A DNA stretch of 61,848 bases, the filler included, from Limisphaerales bacterium (GTDB taxonomy: Bacteria; Verrucomicrobiota; Verrucomicrobiia; Limisphaerales; SIBE01): the NCBI GenBank assembly GCA_044225505.1. It is 2 parts of 2 records of this genome, joined end to end, with 100 filler letters (N's around TTAATTAATTAA, not from the genome) between each part and the next. Parts side by side here need not be neighbours in the genome. Positions count along the whole stretch, not along the records: positions 1 to 30,941 come from JBGAIN010000095.1; 1 more part is not named here. The stretch is one strand, 5' to 3'. A program made the translations under genes and the position numbers. The notes beneath the pieces were generated by a model, which was given only the letters and a program-made list of their open reading frames with translations, was not told the origin of the DNA and searched no databases. Shown here in pieces: positions 1 through 10,711 of the stretch. Each line of letters opens with the position of its first letter. Position 1 is the first letter of the stretch.

Positions 1-1130
1 GCTGCTTTGGACGATTTACCGCGACCGCCCGCGTCTGAGGCCGAGACCGTCGCAGCCTGTGCCACCAATGTCGACCCGCTCTCCCCGGCTCCGCGGGTCT
101 GCATCTTCGCGTCCGAAGGGCCTGGTGACTTTGGCAAGCGCGTCGTTACACTCTGAATCGGCACGCTCAAGACATTCGATCGGTAGCGCGTCTCAACTTC
201 TGCCGTGACGGACATCCCCGGGCGAAACACCGCCTTTTCATTGATCCGAATCTTGACCTCAAATTTGGTCGCTTCCTGGGAACTGCCCGCTCCCGAAGAC
301 ATCCCCGCCCCCTTGGAGGAGTTGGCAATTTCCGTGACGACGCCGCTGAATTTGCCGTCCCGAAAGGCGTCAACTTCCAATCGGGCGATCTGCCCGGCAG
401 CAATTAAGACGACGTCGACTTCACCAATATCAACACGCGCCTCCATCGCGTTTAAATCGGCAATGGTCATTACCTCGGTGCCCGTCATCATGGCGGTGCC
501 AACCACACGTTCACCCAACTGCGAGTTCAGTTTGCTGACCGTCCCGGTCAACGGCGAATAAATCGTGGTCTTCGCCAGATCTTCTAGCGCTCGATCCAGG
601 GACGCCTTGGCCACATTGACCTGATGCTGCGAGGTCGCGAACGAAGCGGCGGCCACTTCCAGAGCGGTCTTCGCCTCGACGAAATTGGAATCGGAGACGA
701 GGTGGTCCGCAAACAGACCTTGGGCTCGCTTGAATTCGGCTTCGGCTTTTCTGAGATTGGCCTGCGCCAGGTCTTTTCCTGAAACAGCCGACTGATAACT
801 CGCCTCCGCCGAACGGCGGCTCGCATTGTAATAGTCCGGCTTAATCTTCAGGAGGAGATCACCTTTCTGCACGGACTGCCCTTCTTTCACTGGCAACTCG
901 ATGATTTCACCGCTGACCTCCGGACTGATCTTGACCTGCATTACAGGCTGGATCCTTCCATTGGCCACGACTAGCTCGGTCAAGTTCCGACGCATCACCT
1001 TCTCCGTCTGGACGGTGATGGGGACCTCGCGCTTTTTCCACCACCATGTGGCCGCGGCACCGCCAACGAGCAACAGCACCATGCTCGCGAACACCCAGCG
1101 CTTTCCACGAGTTCGTTTTGAGTTCAACAT
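1..1130 (-). CDS. Efflux transporter periplasmic adaptor subunit (HlyD/MacA-like membrane fusion protein), 3' end runs off the window
   Basis: Manual translation from ATG at 1130: MLNSKRTRGKRWVFASMVLLLVGG (TM), then NGRIQPVMQVKISPEVSGEIIELPVKEGQSVQKGDLL (lipoyl half-motif) and TIYSPLTGTVSKLN...VGERV. Absent from the ORF track because there is no stop in the window. Confidence 0.9.
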   Translation of the reverse strand, partial: MLNSKRTRGKRWVFASMVLLLVGGAAATWWWKKREVPITVQTEKVMRRNLTELVVANGRIQPVMQVKISPEVSGEIIELPVKEGQSVQKGDLLLKIKPDYYNASRRSAEASYQSAVSGKDLAQANLRKAEAEFKRAQGLFADHLVSDSNFVEAKTALEVAAASFATSQHQVNVAKASLDRALEDLAKTTIYSPLTGTVSKLNSQLGERVVGTAMMTGTEVMTIADLNAMEARVDIGEVDVVLIAAGQIARLEVDAFRDGKFSGVVTEIANSSKGAGMSSGAGSSQEATKFEVKIRINEKAVFRPGMSVTAEVETRYRSNVLSVPIQSVTTRLPKSPGPSDAKMQTRGAGESGSTLVAQAATVSASDAGGRGKSSKA

Positions 1131-1395
1131 GAGTTTACAACGAAGTAAGACACAATAAGCCGTCGGAATGTTGCACTCGGGTCCATAGCGCAGGTAAAAT
1201 CGCTCTGGCAGTGGGCCCGATACGGCGGCCCTGAGACGTGTAACACACAGCTTCGCTTAGAGTTCCAGCAGATTTAGGCCACTAAGTCACGACCTTTCTG
1301 CAGCCCAGTCACAGAGTCAATATTCCCAGCTCACGCTAGCGACGGGCTACCCAGGCACCCAAGCAAAAACGCTCTTGGGCGGGAGTTGTGCCGCT

Positions 1396-1488
1396 TTTGA
1401 CACGGATTAGAATCGGGTAACACACGTCTATAACACGGCTTCCATCCGTGTTAAATCCCAGTTAAAGCCGTGTTATCTCCGTGTTATA
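1396..1488. repeat. Palindromic array of eight 11-bp units (4 forward + 4 inverted), consensus ~TWTAACACGGA
   Basis: Left cores at 1398, 1409, 1420, 1431 (TGACACGG, AGAATCGG, ACACACGT, TAACACGG). Inverted cores at 1446, 1457, 1468, 1479 (CCGTGTTA, CCCAGTTA, CCGTGTTA, CCGTGTTA). Spacing is exactly 11 bp in both arms. Confidence 0.75.
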
Positions 1489-1750
1489 TATGAACAAAGA
1501 AGCTTAGAATCCTCGGAATCGCACGTGGCTCTTTCCCCGCCTCAGCCGCACTCAGCCAGTGGAAAAACTCGCGAAGCCACCCTTGAACTCCGGTTACTTC
1601 CAGGATCTGCCCGAGTAGATTTTCAGGTCGAGCCGGATAGTCGTTAAACGCCCGACCTGCTAGTCACAGCGCGGAGGTGTGCGACTACTCGCTGGAATGA
1701 GGTTGTTTCAGCGAGAATTGGCGCCTTTTTGAGCGCGCGCGTTTCTGAAC

Positions 1751-3250
1751 ATGACGGACTCTGGCACCATCAACCAACTGGATCAGGGCAAGCTCGCAAC
1801 TGGAGTCGCGGGACTCGACTATGTTCTCGCCGGTGGCCTGCCCGAAAACCGACTTTACCTGGTCCAAGGAAGTCCTGGCGTCGGCAAAACGACCTTAGGA
1901 TTGCAGTATCTTCTGGAGGGGGTGCGCCAGGGAGAACCGGTGCTTTATATCACCCGTTCCGAGACCAAGGAAGAATTGACTGCCGTAGCGGATTCCCACG
2001 GATGGCGCTTGGAGGGGCTAACCGTTTGCGAACCGGCCGCGGCCGAGGAAAAATCCAAACCGGGAGAACAATATACGATCTTCCATCCGTCCGAGATCGA
2101 GCTCAGTGAAACGACCCAAGCCCTCCTGAATGTCATTGACCAAATCAAACCCAAGCGATTGGTGATTGATTCGCTTTCGGAACTGCGCCTGCTCGCACGC
2201 GACCCGCTGCGTTATCGACGACAGATCCTCGCCCTCAAACATTCGCTCTCCCGGCGGCAATGCACCGTGCTGCTGCTTGACGACCAATCGACTGATTCCA
2301 GCAACCTGCAATTGCGGACACTGGCTCACGGGGTGATTCATTTGGAACAACTGGCACCGGAGTTTGGCGCGGAACGGCGCCGGTTGCGAGTGATCAAAAT
2401 GCGCGGCGTGCGATTTCGGGGTGGGTATCATGATTTTACCATCGAGACCCAAGGGATCGTGATTTATCCGCGACTAGTCGCCGCGGACTTTCGCGATGAT
2501 GTCGGTGGCGGAACCCTGCGCAGCGGGGTGCAGGAGCTGGATGCGCTTCTGGGAGGTGGACTCGACCGAGGCACGAGTTCCCTGTTCCTGGGGGCAGCTG
2601 GCACTGGGAAATCCGCTTTGGCGGCTCTCTATGCGGCGGCGGCCGCCCGAGTGGGCGAGAAAGCGGCAATTTTCGCTTTCGATGAAGGACAAAAAACGCT
2701 GTTTACTCGGGCAGCAGGCTTGGGGATCGACATTCGCCCGTTCGTGGCGAGCGGGACTTTGACCGTGCAACCGATCGACCCGGCCGAGATGTCCCCGGGC
2801 GAATTCGCACATCGTCTGCGCAACGCCGTTTGTCAAGACCACGTGCAAACGGTGGTTATAGATAGTTTGAATGGCTATCTCAACGCCATGCCCGAAGAGA
2901 AATTCCTGACCATCCAATTGCACGAACTATTGAGTTTCCTTTCGCACCATGGCGTGGTCACGATTCTGGTGGCAAGCCAGTCTGGACTGCTCGGTGAACA
3001 CCTAAACTCCCCGGTCGATATCAGTTACTTGGCAGACACCGTCGTTCTTTTGCGCTACTTTGAAAGCCAGGGAACCGTGCGCAAAGCGGTTTCCGTTCTG
3101 AAGAAACGGAGTGGAAATCACCAACGTTATATCCGAGAATTGATTATGAGCCCTGGCAGCATCAGCGTCGGCCAACCGCTATCCCAATTCGCCGGGATTC
3201 TCTCAGGCGATGCCATACTCTCTCCTTATCCCTCAGCGGACCATGGCTAA
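1751..3250 (+). CDS. KaiC-like double RecA-fold ATPase
   Basis: Two Walker A motifs (GSPGVGKT, GAAGTGKS), two Walker B motifs (LVIDSL, VVIDSL), KMRG and KKRSG arginine-finger motifs, and DISYLAD at the position of the KaiC phosphosite. Confidence 0.9.
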   Translation: MTDSGTINQLDQGKLATGVAGLDYVLAGGLPENRLYLVQGSPGVGKTTLGLQYLLEGVRQGEPVLYITRSETKEELTAVADSHGWRLEGLTVCEPAAAEEKSKPGEQYTIFHPSEIELSETTQALLNVIDQIKPKRLVIDSLSELRLLARDPLRYRRQILALKHSLSRRQCTVLLLDDQSTDSSNLQLRTLAHGVIHLEQLAPEFGAERRRLRVIKMRGVRFRGGYHDFTIETQGIVIYPRLVAADFRDDVGGGTLRSGVQELDALLGGGLDRGTSSLFLGAAGTGKSALAALYAAAAARVGEKAAIFAFDEGQKTLFTRAAGLGIDIRPFVASGTLTVQPIDPAEMSPGEFAHRLRNAVCQDHVQTVVIDSLNGYLNAMPEEKFLTIQLHELLSFLSHHGVVTILVASQSGLLGEHLNSPVDISYLADTVVLLRYFESQGTVRKAVSVLKKRSGNHQRYIRELIMSPGSISVGQPLSQFAGILSGDAILSPYPSADHG

Positions 3251-4934
3251 GCCCAGGCCGAGTGTTTTAGAGGAGCGGGTCTTGATCCTGGCCCCGACCG
3301 GTCGCGACGCGACGATGGCGCGCAAAACGCTAACCACCGCGGGCTTGGCGACACATGTTTGCAGTAGCATGGCGGACCTTTGCCGGGAACTGGACCGAGC
3401 AGCTGGTTCGGCGCTCATCGCCGACGAAGCACTGGCCGATGGAGCGGTCGCTTCGCTCCAAGCGGCCTTAACCAAGGCGCCCGCGTGGTCCGATCTTCCC
3501 TTGGTCATCCTGACCGTCCGCGATGGGACGCCGAACCAAATTGCTGGAAGCGAAGAAAGCTTGATGACGTTGGGCAATGTCACGTTTCTGGAACGGCCCA
3601 TTCGCCCTCAAACCTTGGTTACGGCCGTTCAATCGGGCCTTCGAGCCCGTCGCCGACAGTATGAGGTCCGCGGCCTTCTGCAAGCCCAGCAACGCGCTGT
3701 GGAGCGAGTGGACGTGATTGCAGAAGTGGCCAGTCACCTGTTGCTGAGCGATCAGCCCGAAGAAATCGTGGCCAGTGTCTTTCGCAAAATCGCAGTTCAT
3801 CTGGGGCTGGAGATTTACCTATGCTATTTGTTGGACCCTCAAACTCAGCAGCTTAAGTTGAGTAGTCACGCCGGATTGCCGGAGGCCTGCGTCACGAATT
3901 ATGAATGGCGAAGCCTGCACGAGTCGTTCTGCGGCTCGGCCGCCCGGCAACGCAAGAGGGTGATCGCGGAGCGCGTTCAAGATTCCCAAGACTCTGCCAC
4001 GGAGCAAATCAAGGCGCTGGGTGTCACCGCTTACGCTTGCTTTCCGTTGCTGGCCAACGACCGCTTAATCGGCACGCTCTCATTCGGCGTGCGCGAACGG
4101 GACTCGCTGGAGCACGAGGAGCTAGCCATGCTGGAGACGGTCTGCAATCAAGTCGCGGTGGCGATTGACCGGAAGCGAACTGAAGAAGCGCTCCAGGAGC
4201 TGAACCAAGTTCTGGAGAAGCGGGTCGAACAGCGCACCGCCCAACTCCAAGAGATCACAGACCAGATGGAAGCGTTTACTTATTCGATCTCGCATGACTT
4301 ACGTGCCCCGCTCCGCGCTATCCGTGGTTTCTCGCAGGCTCTGGTGGACGATTATGGCGCGACCCTGGACGCCACCGCGCGAGATTACCTCGCCCGCATG
4401 GGCGACGGAGCAGAACGCCTCGACCGCTTGATTCAAGATCTTCTCCAGTACAGCCGCTTGAGCCGTTCCACGATCACGTCCGAACCGATCAATTTGACCG
4501 ATGCGCTCCGACGAGTCGTGGAGAATCTGGAACCTGAGATTCGCGCAGCTCATGCGGAGATTCGCTTGCACGAGCCTTTGCCGCCCATTGTTGGGCACAC
4601 CGCCACCTTGGATCAGGTCGTCACCAACCTCATTGCGAACGCCTTGAAGTTTGTCGCTCCGCAAACCCGCCCCCGGGTCGAAATCAGCGCGGAAGCCAAA
4701 GAGAACGTCGTCCGCTTATGGATCGCGGACAATGGCATTGGGATCGACCCGAGCCATCATCGGCGGATCTTCGGCGTCTTCGAGCGTTTGCACAATGTCG
4801 ATACCTATCCTGGAACGGGCATCGGCCTGGCGATTGTCGCGAAAGGAGTCGCTCGCATGGGCGGAACGGTGGGGTTGGAATCAACTCCCGGTCAAGGCAG
4901 CCGATTCTGGATTGAACTACCGCGGGCAGAATAA
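3243..4934 (+). CDS. Sensor histidine kinase: degenerate receiver-like N-terminus + GAF + HisKA + HATPase
   Basis: H-box YSISHDLRAPLR, N-box NLIANALKF, DNGIGID, GTGIGLAIV, and GAF-like YACFPLLANDRLIGTL. ATG at 3243 overlaps the end of the kaiC-like gene. Confidence 0.9.
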   Translation: MAKPRPSVLEERVLILAPTGRDATMARKTLTTAGLATHVCSSMADLCRELDRAAGSALIADEALADGAVASLQAALTKAPAWSDLPLVILTVRDGTPNQIAGSEESLMTLGNVTFLERPIRPQTLVTAVQSGLRARRRQYEVRGLLQAQQRAVERVDVIAEVASHLLLSDQPEEIVASVFRKIAVHLGLEIYLCYLLDPQTQQLKLSSHAGLPEACVTNYEWRSLHESFCGSAARQRKRVIAERVQDSQDSATEQIKALGVTAYACFPLLANDRLIGTLSFGVRERDSLEHEELAMLETVCNQVAVAIDRKRTEEALQELNQVLEKRVEQRTAQLQEITDQMEAFTYSISHDLRAPLRAIRGFSQALVDDYGATLDATARDYLARMGDGAERLDRLIQDLLQYSRLSRSTITSEPINLTDALRRVVENLEPEIRAAHAEIRLHEPLPPIVGHTATLDQVVTNLIANALKFVAPQTRPRVEISAEAKENVVRLWIADNGIGIDPSHHRRIFGVFERLHNVDTYPGTGIGLAIVAKGVARMGGTVGLESTPGQGSRFWIELPRAE

Positions 4935-4952
4935 GCACGCGCTCTCGGTGCG

Positions 4953-5813
4953 TTAAGGACCGGCGAAGGCAGCGGGATGACTCGTCCAGCTTTCGCCGCA
5001 ACGGAGAATACAGCAAGGTTGTCCTATGCCCGCCGCGGCGTTGACGAACGTGGCCGGGTCAGCGGTGTTAAACTGGAACATGTCGTAATGACACGGGATG
5101 ACCAACCGGGCCCCGACATCTTTGGCTAACGCAGCCGCTTCGGCGCCGTCCAGATTTCCCGCAACCCGGCGGGCTGGATTCCGACCATTAATCGGCAAAA
5201 GCATCAGATCCAGCTTCCACTTCCCCAGTCGTTCCGCCATCCCCGGATAACGGATCGTATCGCCGCTATGGTAGATTGACCAAGGCCCAAACTCGGCAAC
5301 GTAGCCGAGATAGCGGAATTGGCCGGCTTCATCCCGGTCCAATTCCTCATGAGCGGAAGGAACCGCGGTGATCTTGAACCGGCCGACCGTGGTGGTCTGG
5401 CCGTCATTGATGGGCTGTAGACTCGCCGCACCTACCGCAAGCCGTTCCTGGACAAAAGCAGTGTTGGCCGCCGGACAAAGCAACTTCAGTCCCTGATTCT
5501 CTCGCAGCAGTGGCTGTAAGGTTTCGGCGTCCAGATGATCGGTGTGATTGTGACTGGACGTCACGAGATTGAGAAAGTTGAGCCTTTCCGGAGCGACAAC
5601 TCGCGCTGTGATCCGCACGTGCGGTTTGTCCGTCGCCGCGTATTTACGGGTTAGCGAGTCGGAAAGGTACGGATCAAAAAGCAAGTGCTCGCCGCACCAT
5701 TGCACAAGAAATCCGCTCTGCCCTAACCACCACACTCGAAAGCGATTCCGGTCGCCGCGGGTGCGTGCAATGTCGGCCAGGAACGCTTCGTCCTTCTGAT
5801 ACGGCTCCTTCAT
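4953..5813 (-). CDS. MBL-fold metallo-hydrolase (UlaG-like)
   Basis: WLGQSGF, SHNHTDHLD (HxHxDH), IYHSGDT, IPCHYDMF. Confidence 0.85.
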   Translation of the reverse strand: MKEPYQKDEAFLADIARTRGDRNRFRVWWLGQSGFLVQWCGEHLLFDPYLSDSLTRKYAATDKPHVRITARVVAPERLNFLNLVTSSHNHTDHLDAETLQPLLRENQGLKLLCPAANTAFVQERLAVGAASLQPINDGQTTTVGRFKITAVPSAHEELDRDEAGQFRYLGYVAEFGPWSIYHSGDTIRYPGMAERLGKWKLDLMLLPINGRNPARRVAGNLDGAEAAALAKDVGARLVIPCHYDMFQFNTADPATFVNAAAGIGQPCCILRCGESWTSHPAAFAGP

Positions 5814-5829
5814 GACTCAGCTATGCGGT

Positions 5830-6870
5830 TTAGCGGCGCAACCCAAGTTCCTTGCGCACCATCCGCGCGCCAGCCACCAAGTTCTGAAGCTTGGCCCGTG
5901 CGGCCCATCGTGCGGTCTGGCTTAACCCGCAGTCCGGAGCGAACGACAACCGTTCTGCGGAAGCATACTTAAGGCAGGCACGAATCCGTTCGGCGACATC
6001 TTGCGACGTCTCGATATAGTAGCTTTTGACGTCAATGACACCGACGGCCACATCTTTCTTTTCGGCGATTCCCGAAATTAAAGCCAACTCGGCAAACTCT
6101 CGGCTGGCCATCTCCAAATGGATTTCATCAACCGCCAGGTCGAGGAAAGCAGGAAACATCGGTCCATAGCGGCGCAATCCCACGGCCCGCCCCTTGTAGT
6201 TGCCAAAACACAAGTGCGTCGAGAGTCGGGCGCGGCCCTGGACAGGCTCCACCGTGCGGTTGAAAATATCGACAAACCGGGCGGGGTTCTCGCGATGCGC
6301 ATAACAGCTCATGGAAGGTTCATCGACGGTAATCTCGCGGCACCCCGCTTTAACCAGGTCCTCCAATTCTCGGCGCACGATGGGGAGCAGTGCCTCGGTC
6401 AAAGCCCAGCGATCAGGATACTGCGCATTCGGGACGAGTCGGCCGCTCAAAGTGTAAGGCCCAGGAATGCTTGCTTTGAGCACGGGCCCGGCCGGGGCAA
6501 TCCGTCGCAAGCGCTCGAATTCCGTAACGACCCCCAAACCGCGGGAGGCACGGAGTTCTCCGGTTACAGCGTGCCGGCCTCGTTGGTCATGGGCAGGCGG
6601 ACCAAAGCGGCGAGGCGGAGCCGCTTCCAAGGCGATTCCTTCGAGAAAGCCGTAAAACGAGAGATTAAAGTCGAGCCGGGTTTGCTCTCCATCCGTGATC
6701 ACGTCCAAGCCAGCGCTGAGTTGGTCATGGACCGCGGTAATGACAGCGTCTTCTTTGAGTTCCTCCCGGTCCGCTTCCCCAAAATCAGAGAGGTGTTGGC
6801 AGGCAAATTCCAACCAACCTGGGAAGGGGTAACTACCAATAACCGTCGTTCGAAGCGGAAGATCTTTCAT
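5830..6870 (-). CDS. Cobalamin-independent methionine synthase II family (single-barrel MetE-like) protein
   Basis: TTVIGSYP, GLDVITDGEQ.R, VDEP, HLCFGN and FAPDCGL zinc-ligand motifs. Only one barrel is present. Confidence 0.85.
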   Translation of the reverse strand: MKDLPLRTTVIGSYPFPGWLEFACQHLSDFGEADREELKEDAVITAVHDQLSAGLDVITDGEQTRLDFNLSFYGFLEGIALEAAPPRRFGPPAHDQRGRHAVTGELRASRGLGVVTEFERLRRIAPAGPVLKASIPGPYTLSGRLVPNAQYPDRWALTEALLPIVRRELEDLVKAGCREITVDEPSMSCYAHRENPARFVDIFNRTVEPVQGRARLSTHLCFGNYKGRAVGLRRYGPMFPAFLDLAVDEIHLEMASREFAELALISGIAEKKDVAVGVIDVKSYYIETSQDVAERIRACLKYASAERLSFAPDCGLSQTARWAARAKLQNLVAGARMVRKELGLRR

Positions 6871-6874
6871 AGGA

Positions 6875-7696
6875 CTAACGATGGGCCGGCCGGACCGGAT
6901 TGGCCTGTGTTCCGGGGTCCGTGCCTAAGTTCTGGTAGAGTCGCGCCATCCGGCGCCCATGTTCATCATACGCCGACTCGAAAAGAGCAGTCGCGCGTTC
7001 CGTCCCCACCACCGCGCTCGCCGTCAGGACTCGCGGCGGGCGCCCCGCGGCGGTCAACCGCGCGGCAACTTCCGCCTTGATCGCGTTCACCAAGAGGCAC
7101 CCTCCTACCGTAGAGCCTGGAGCGACCGGCGTCTCGAGTCCGGGAATGCGCACCATGGCATCGCCTACCGGCGCTCCCGTATCGAGCACCAAGTCCGCGA
7201 AATCGGACAGCTTCTTGCCCTCAGGATGCTGACTTCGGCTCGCCTGCGAGTGCCTTGCACTCAGCACCGCAACGACTTTGACTCCTCGCGCTTTGAAGCC
7301 GGCCGCCATCTCCACCGGGACGAGATTGCAGCCGCTCGACGAAACAACCAAGGCGCTGTCTTGGGGGGTAATGTCGAAGTTACGGAGAATTCGTTCGGCC
7401 AAGCCACTCACGTTTTCCAGAAACATCGCTTGGCGCTGGCCATTCGCACCGACGACTAAATTGTGAAAGCTGAGGGACAGTTCGACAATCGGATTGAAGC
7501 CGGGAAATGATCCGTAGCGTGGCCACATTTCTTCCACCAGGATTCGGCTATGACCTGAACCAAAGAGATGAACCATTCGCTCCGCCAAGATGCTTTCGGC
7601 AAACCAGTCCGCCGCTTGGAGGATGGCGTTCTGCTGTCGTTCGACGGCCGAAATAATCCCACGGCATTGGTTCAAATAGTCTGAGCTCGGCTGCAC
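6875..7696 (-). CDS. SIS (sugar isomerase) domain protein
   Basis: HLFGSGHS, VSSSG.N..PVEMA, ADLVLDTGAPVGDA. Confidence 0.85.
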   Translation of the reverse strand: MQPSSDYLNQCRGIISAVERQQNAILQAADWFAESILAERMVHLFGSGHSRILVEEMWPRYGSFPGFNPIVELSLSFHNLVVGANGQRQAMFLENVSGLAERILRNFDITPQDSALVVSSSGCNLVPVEMAAGFKARGVKVVAVLSARHSQASRSQHPEGKKLSDFADLVLDTGAPVGDAMVRIPGLETPVAPGSTVGGCLLVNAIKAEVAARLTAAGRPPRVLTASAVVGTERATALFESAYDEHGRRMARLYQNLGTDPGTQANPVRPAHR

Positions 7697-7792
7697 GGTC
7701 TGGAGAATACCGGCCGCCGCCCGCGTGAAAAGGCCAAACTCCGGATTCGCTGATCTCTCGTCAGGGCCGACCGGTTTTTACGAGCCCTTGAG

Positions 7793-10711
7793 CTATTTGC
7801 GCGGGTCGGCAGGGTCGGTGTAGGCGTCCATTCCAACGCACGAGCAAACCAGGTTGCGATCGCCATAGACATTGTCGATTCGACCCACGGCCGGCCAGAA
7901 TTTTGAGTGCCGCAGCCAAGGAGCAGGATACGCAGCTTGTTCTCGCGGGTAGGGTCTGTCCCACTTATCCGAGATTACACTGTCTGCGGTATGAGGCGCA
8001 TTCTTCAATACGTTGTTGAGCGAGTCCACACGCTTTGTTTCCACCGCCTTGATCTCCGCGTGAATCGAAATCATCGCGGCGCAAAACCGATCAAGCTCAC
8101 CTTTGGACTCACTTTCGGTCGGCTCCACCATCATGGTTCCAGGCACTGGCCAGGAGATGGTGGGTGCATGAAAACCATAGTCCATGAGGCGTTTGGCGAC
8201 ATCTTCGACCGTGACGGACTTGTTCTCGCGCAGGTCCAGGATGCATTCGTGCGCTACCAACCCGTTCTTGCCTTTGTAAAGCACGGGGTAGTAACTCTCC
8301 AACTGCCGGGCGACATAATTCGCGTTTAGAATGGCCACTTGCGTGGCTTCGGTCAGCCCCCGAGGTCCCATCAGCGCAATATATACCCACGAAATCAACA
8401 GGATGTTGGCACTTCCCCAAGGAGCCGCTGATACTGCGCCTAAACCACCTTTCGATCCCAACGGAACAACGGGATGCGCCGGCAGGTAAGGAACAAGGTG
8501 GGCCGCAACACAGATCGGTCCCATGCCCGGTCCACCGCCCCCGTGAGGGATGCAGAAAGTCTTATGCAAGTTGATATGGCAGACATCTGCGCCCAACTCG
8601 GCCGGGCGGCAAAGTCCGACTTGTGCATTGAGGTTGGCGCCGTCCATATAAACGAGACCCCCGTGTTCATGGATGATTTTGCAGATCTCCTTGATCCCCT
8701 CTTCAAAAACCCCGTGCGTGGAGGGATAGGTGACCATCAACGCCGCGAGTTCGGTTTGATGCGCTGCGGCCTTGGTGCGAAGGTCGGCGATGTCGATGTT
8801 GCCTTGCGGATCGCATCCCACCGGAACCACTCGCAGGCCAGCCATCACCGCACTCGCCGGGTTAGTCCCGTGCGCGGACTGCGGAATCAAGCAAACGGTT
8901 CGCCGGTTGCCGTCATGCTCCTGGTGATAGCGCCGGATGGCTAACAGGCCCGCATATTCCCCTTGCGATCCGGCATTGGGCTGTAGGGAAACTCCCGCAA
9001 ACCCAGTAATCTCCGCGAGCCACTGTTCCAGCTGCTGGAAGATGATGCGGTACCCCTCGGCCTGTTCGCGCGGAGCAAACGGATGAATCTGGCTAAACTC
9101 GGGCCACGAGACCGGAAACATTTCAGATGTGGCATTCAGCTTCATGGTGCACGATCCCAAAGGAATCATGGATTCTCCGAGAGATAAGTCTTTGGACTGC
9201 AGCCGCCGAATGTAACGCAGCATCTCGGTCTCCGAATGATGCTGATTGAACACCGGGTGGGTTAAGATCGGAGATTGCCGCTGCGCCAGCGAGAACGCTT
9301 CGGTGGCGTTTTGGAGATCGACTGGAGCAAACGGCGCGGGGCGATCCTCGTTGAAGATCTGCCAGAGCTCAACGATGTCGCGCAAGGAGGTCGTTTCGTC
9401 GAGCGAAATGCCGACGGCCGATTCGCTGATGACGCGCAGGTTGATACGATGCGCCTCCGCCACCCGCACAAGGTCCGCCGCCCGGCGCGATCCCAAGGGA
9501 ACGAACACGGTGTCGAACACCGGCTTGTCCTCGAGCTGATAACCGAGCTTTTTTAATCCCGCCGCCAGGAATGCCGTCAGCCGATGCACACGCATCGCAA
9601 TTTGTCGGAGCCCCTCTGGACCATGATAGACGGCGTACATCGACGCCATGGTCGCCAGGAGCGCTTGCGCCGTGCAGATGTTGCTGGTCGCTTTCTCGCG
9701 GCGGATATGCTGCTCCCGAGTCTGCAACGAGAGGCGATAAGCTGGCTGACCTCGGCTGTCCTTGGAAACCCCCACCAACCGACCTGGCATTTGTCGCTTG
9801 AACTGGTCACGCGTGGCGAAAAACGCAGCGTGCGGCCCGCCGTAACCCATTGGGACGCCAAAGCGTTGGGCGCTTCCGACGGCTACGTCCGCTCCGAATT
9901 CCCCAGGAGGGACCAGCAGCGTCAGACTCAGGAGATCCGTGGCCACAACGGCCAGGGCTTGCACCGCGTGCGCCTGTCCGATGAACTCTCGATAATCCAG
10001 AACGTTTCCGTAGGTTGCCGGATACTGCACCAGAACGCCAAAATAGCGAGTGTCCAGCGCGACTTTCCGGTGGTCTCCGACAACGATATGAATCCCTAGC
10101 GGAAGCGCCCGTGTGCGGACCACATCAATGGTTTGAGGATGGCAAAGCTCAGAGACGAAAAACGCATCCTTCCGCTCGTCGCCTGCGACCCCATGGCACA
10201 GGGTCATTGCTTCTGCGGCCGCAGTCGCTTCATCGAGCAATGACGCGTTCGCAATGTCCATTTGGGTGAGATCAATCACCAGGGTTTGAAAATTGAGCAT
10301 CGCTTCCAACCGTCCTTGCGCGAGCTCCGCTTGGTAGGGAGTGTACGGCGTATACCAACCAGGGTTCTCGAGGATATTTCGTTGGATGACCGGCGGCGTG
10401 ATGCAGTTCGAATATCCCATCCCAATGTAGGACCGAAAGATCTGATTTTTCGCGGCGATCCCACGAAGCTCGCGCAAAAGCTCATATTCGGAGCGAGGTT
10501 CGGGCAGGTCCAGATTGCGGGCGCTTCGAATCGAATCTGGGACCACAGCTTTGGTCATGTCATCCAGCCCTGTGTAGCCAATGGAGCGCAGCATCGCCTG
10601 GAGCTCAAAGGAATCAGGACCTATATGACGCCTCACGAAACGGTCTGGATGATCCAACGCCGTGAGTCCATCCGCACCGTTATTTGCACCGTTTCTGTCC
10701 TTCTGAAACAT
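7793..10711 (-). CDS. gcvP: Glycine dehydrogenase (decarboxylating), glycine cleavage P protein
   Basis: [49 protein letters not shown] lysine in [27 protein letters not shown]. Confidence 0.98.
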   Translation of the reverse strand: MFQKDRNGANNGADGLTALDHPDRFVRRHIGPDSFELQAMLRSIGYTGLDDMTKAVVPDSIRSARNLDLPEPRSEYELLRELRGIAAKNQIFRSYIGMGYSNCITPPVIQRNILENPGWYTPYTPYQAELAQGRLEAMLNFQTLVIDLTQMDIANASLLDEATAAAEAMTLCHGVAGDERKDAFFVSELCHPQTIDVVRTRALPLGIHIVVGDHRKVALDTRYFGVLVQYPATYGNVLDYREFIGQAHAVQALAVVATDLLSLTLLVPPGEFGADVAVGSAQRFGVPMGYGGPHAAFFATRDQFKRQMPGRLVGVSKDSRGQPAYRLSLQTREQHIRREKATSNICTAQALLATMASMYAVYHGPEGLRQIAMRVHRLTAFLAAGLKKLGYQLEDKPVFDTVFVPLGSRRAADLVRVAEAHRINLRVISESAVGISLDETTSLRDIVELWQIFNEDRPAPFAPVDLQNATEAFSLAQRQSPILTHPVFNQHHSETEMLRYIRRLQSKDLSLGESMIPLGSCTMKLNATSEMFPVSWPEFSQIHPFAPREQAEGYRIIFQQLEQWLAEITGFAGVSLQPNAGSQGEYAGLLAIRRYHQEHDGNRRTVCLIPQSAHGTNPASAVMAGLRVVPVGCDPQGNIDIADLRTKAAAHQTELAALMVTYPSTHGVFEEGIKEICKIIHEHGGLVYMDGANLNAQVGLCRPAELGADVCHINLHKTFCIPHGGGGPGMGPICVAAHLVPYLPAHPVVPLGSKGGLGAVSAAPWGSANILLISWVYIALMGPRGLTEATQVAILNANYVARQLESYYPVLYKGKNGLVAHECILDLRENKSVTVEDVAKRLMDYGFHAPTISWPVPGTMMVEPTESESKGELDRFCAAMISIHAEIKAVETKRVDSLNNVLKNAPHTADSVISDKWDRPYPREQAAYPAPWLRHSKFWPAVGRIDNVYGDRNLVCSCVGMDAYTDPADPRK

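Noticed and set aside
1396..1488. CRISPR array
   Set aside because: Units are 11 bp, contiguous and inverted, with no spacers. No cas genes and no repeat-spacer array were seen anywhere in the window.
1751..3250. A true circadian clock locus
   Set aside because: No kaiA or kaiB in the window and a non-canonical phosphosite (SY). Reported as a KaiC-like signalling ATPase instead.
6118..7080. Long antisense ORFs (e.g. 6118..7080, 18102..18920, 32170..33147, 60568..61290)
   Set aside because: They are shadows of well-supported genes on the opposite strand, as expected in GC-rich DNA, and carry no protein motifs.
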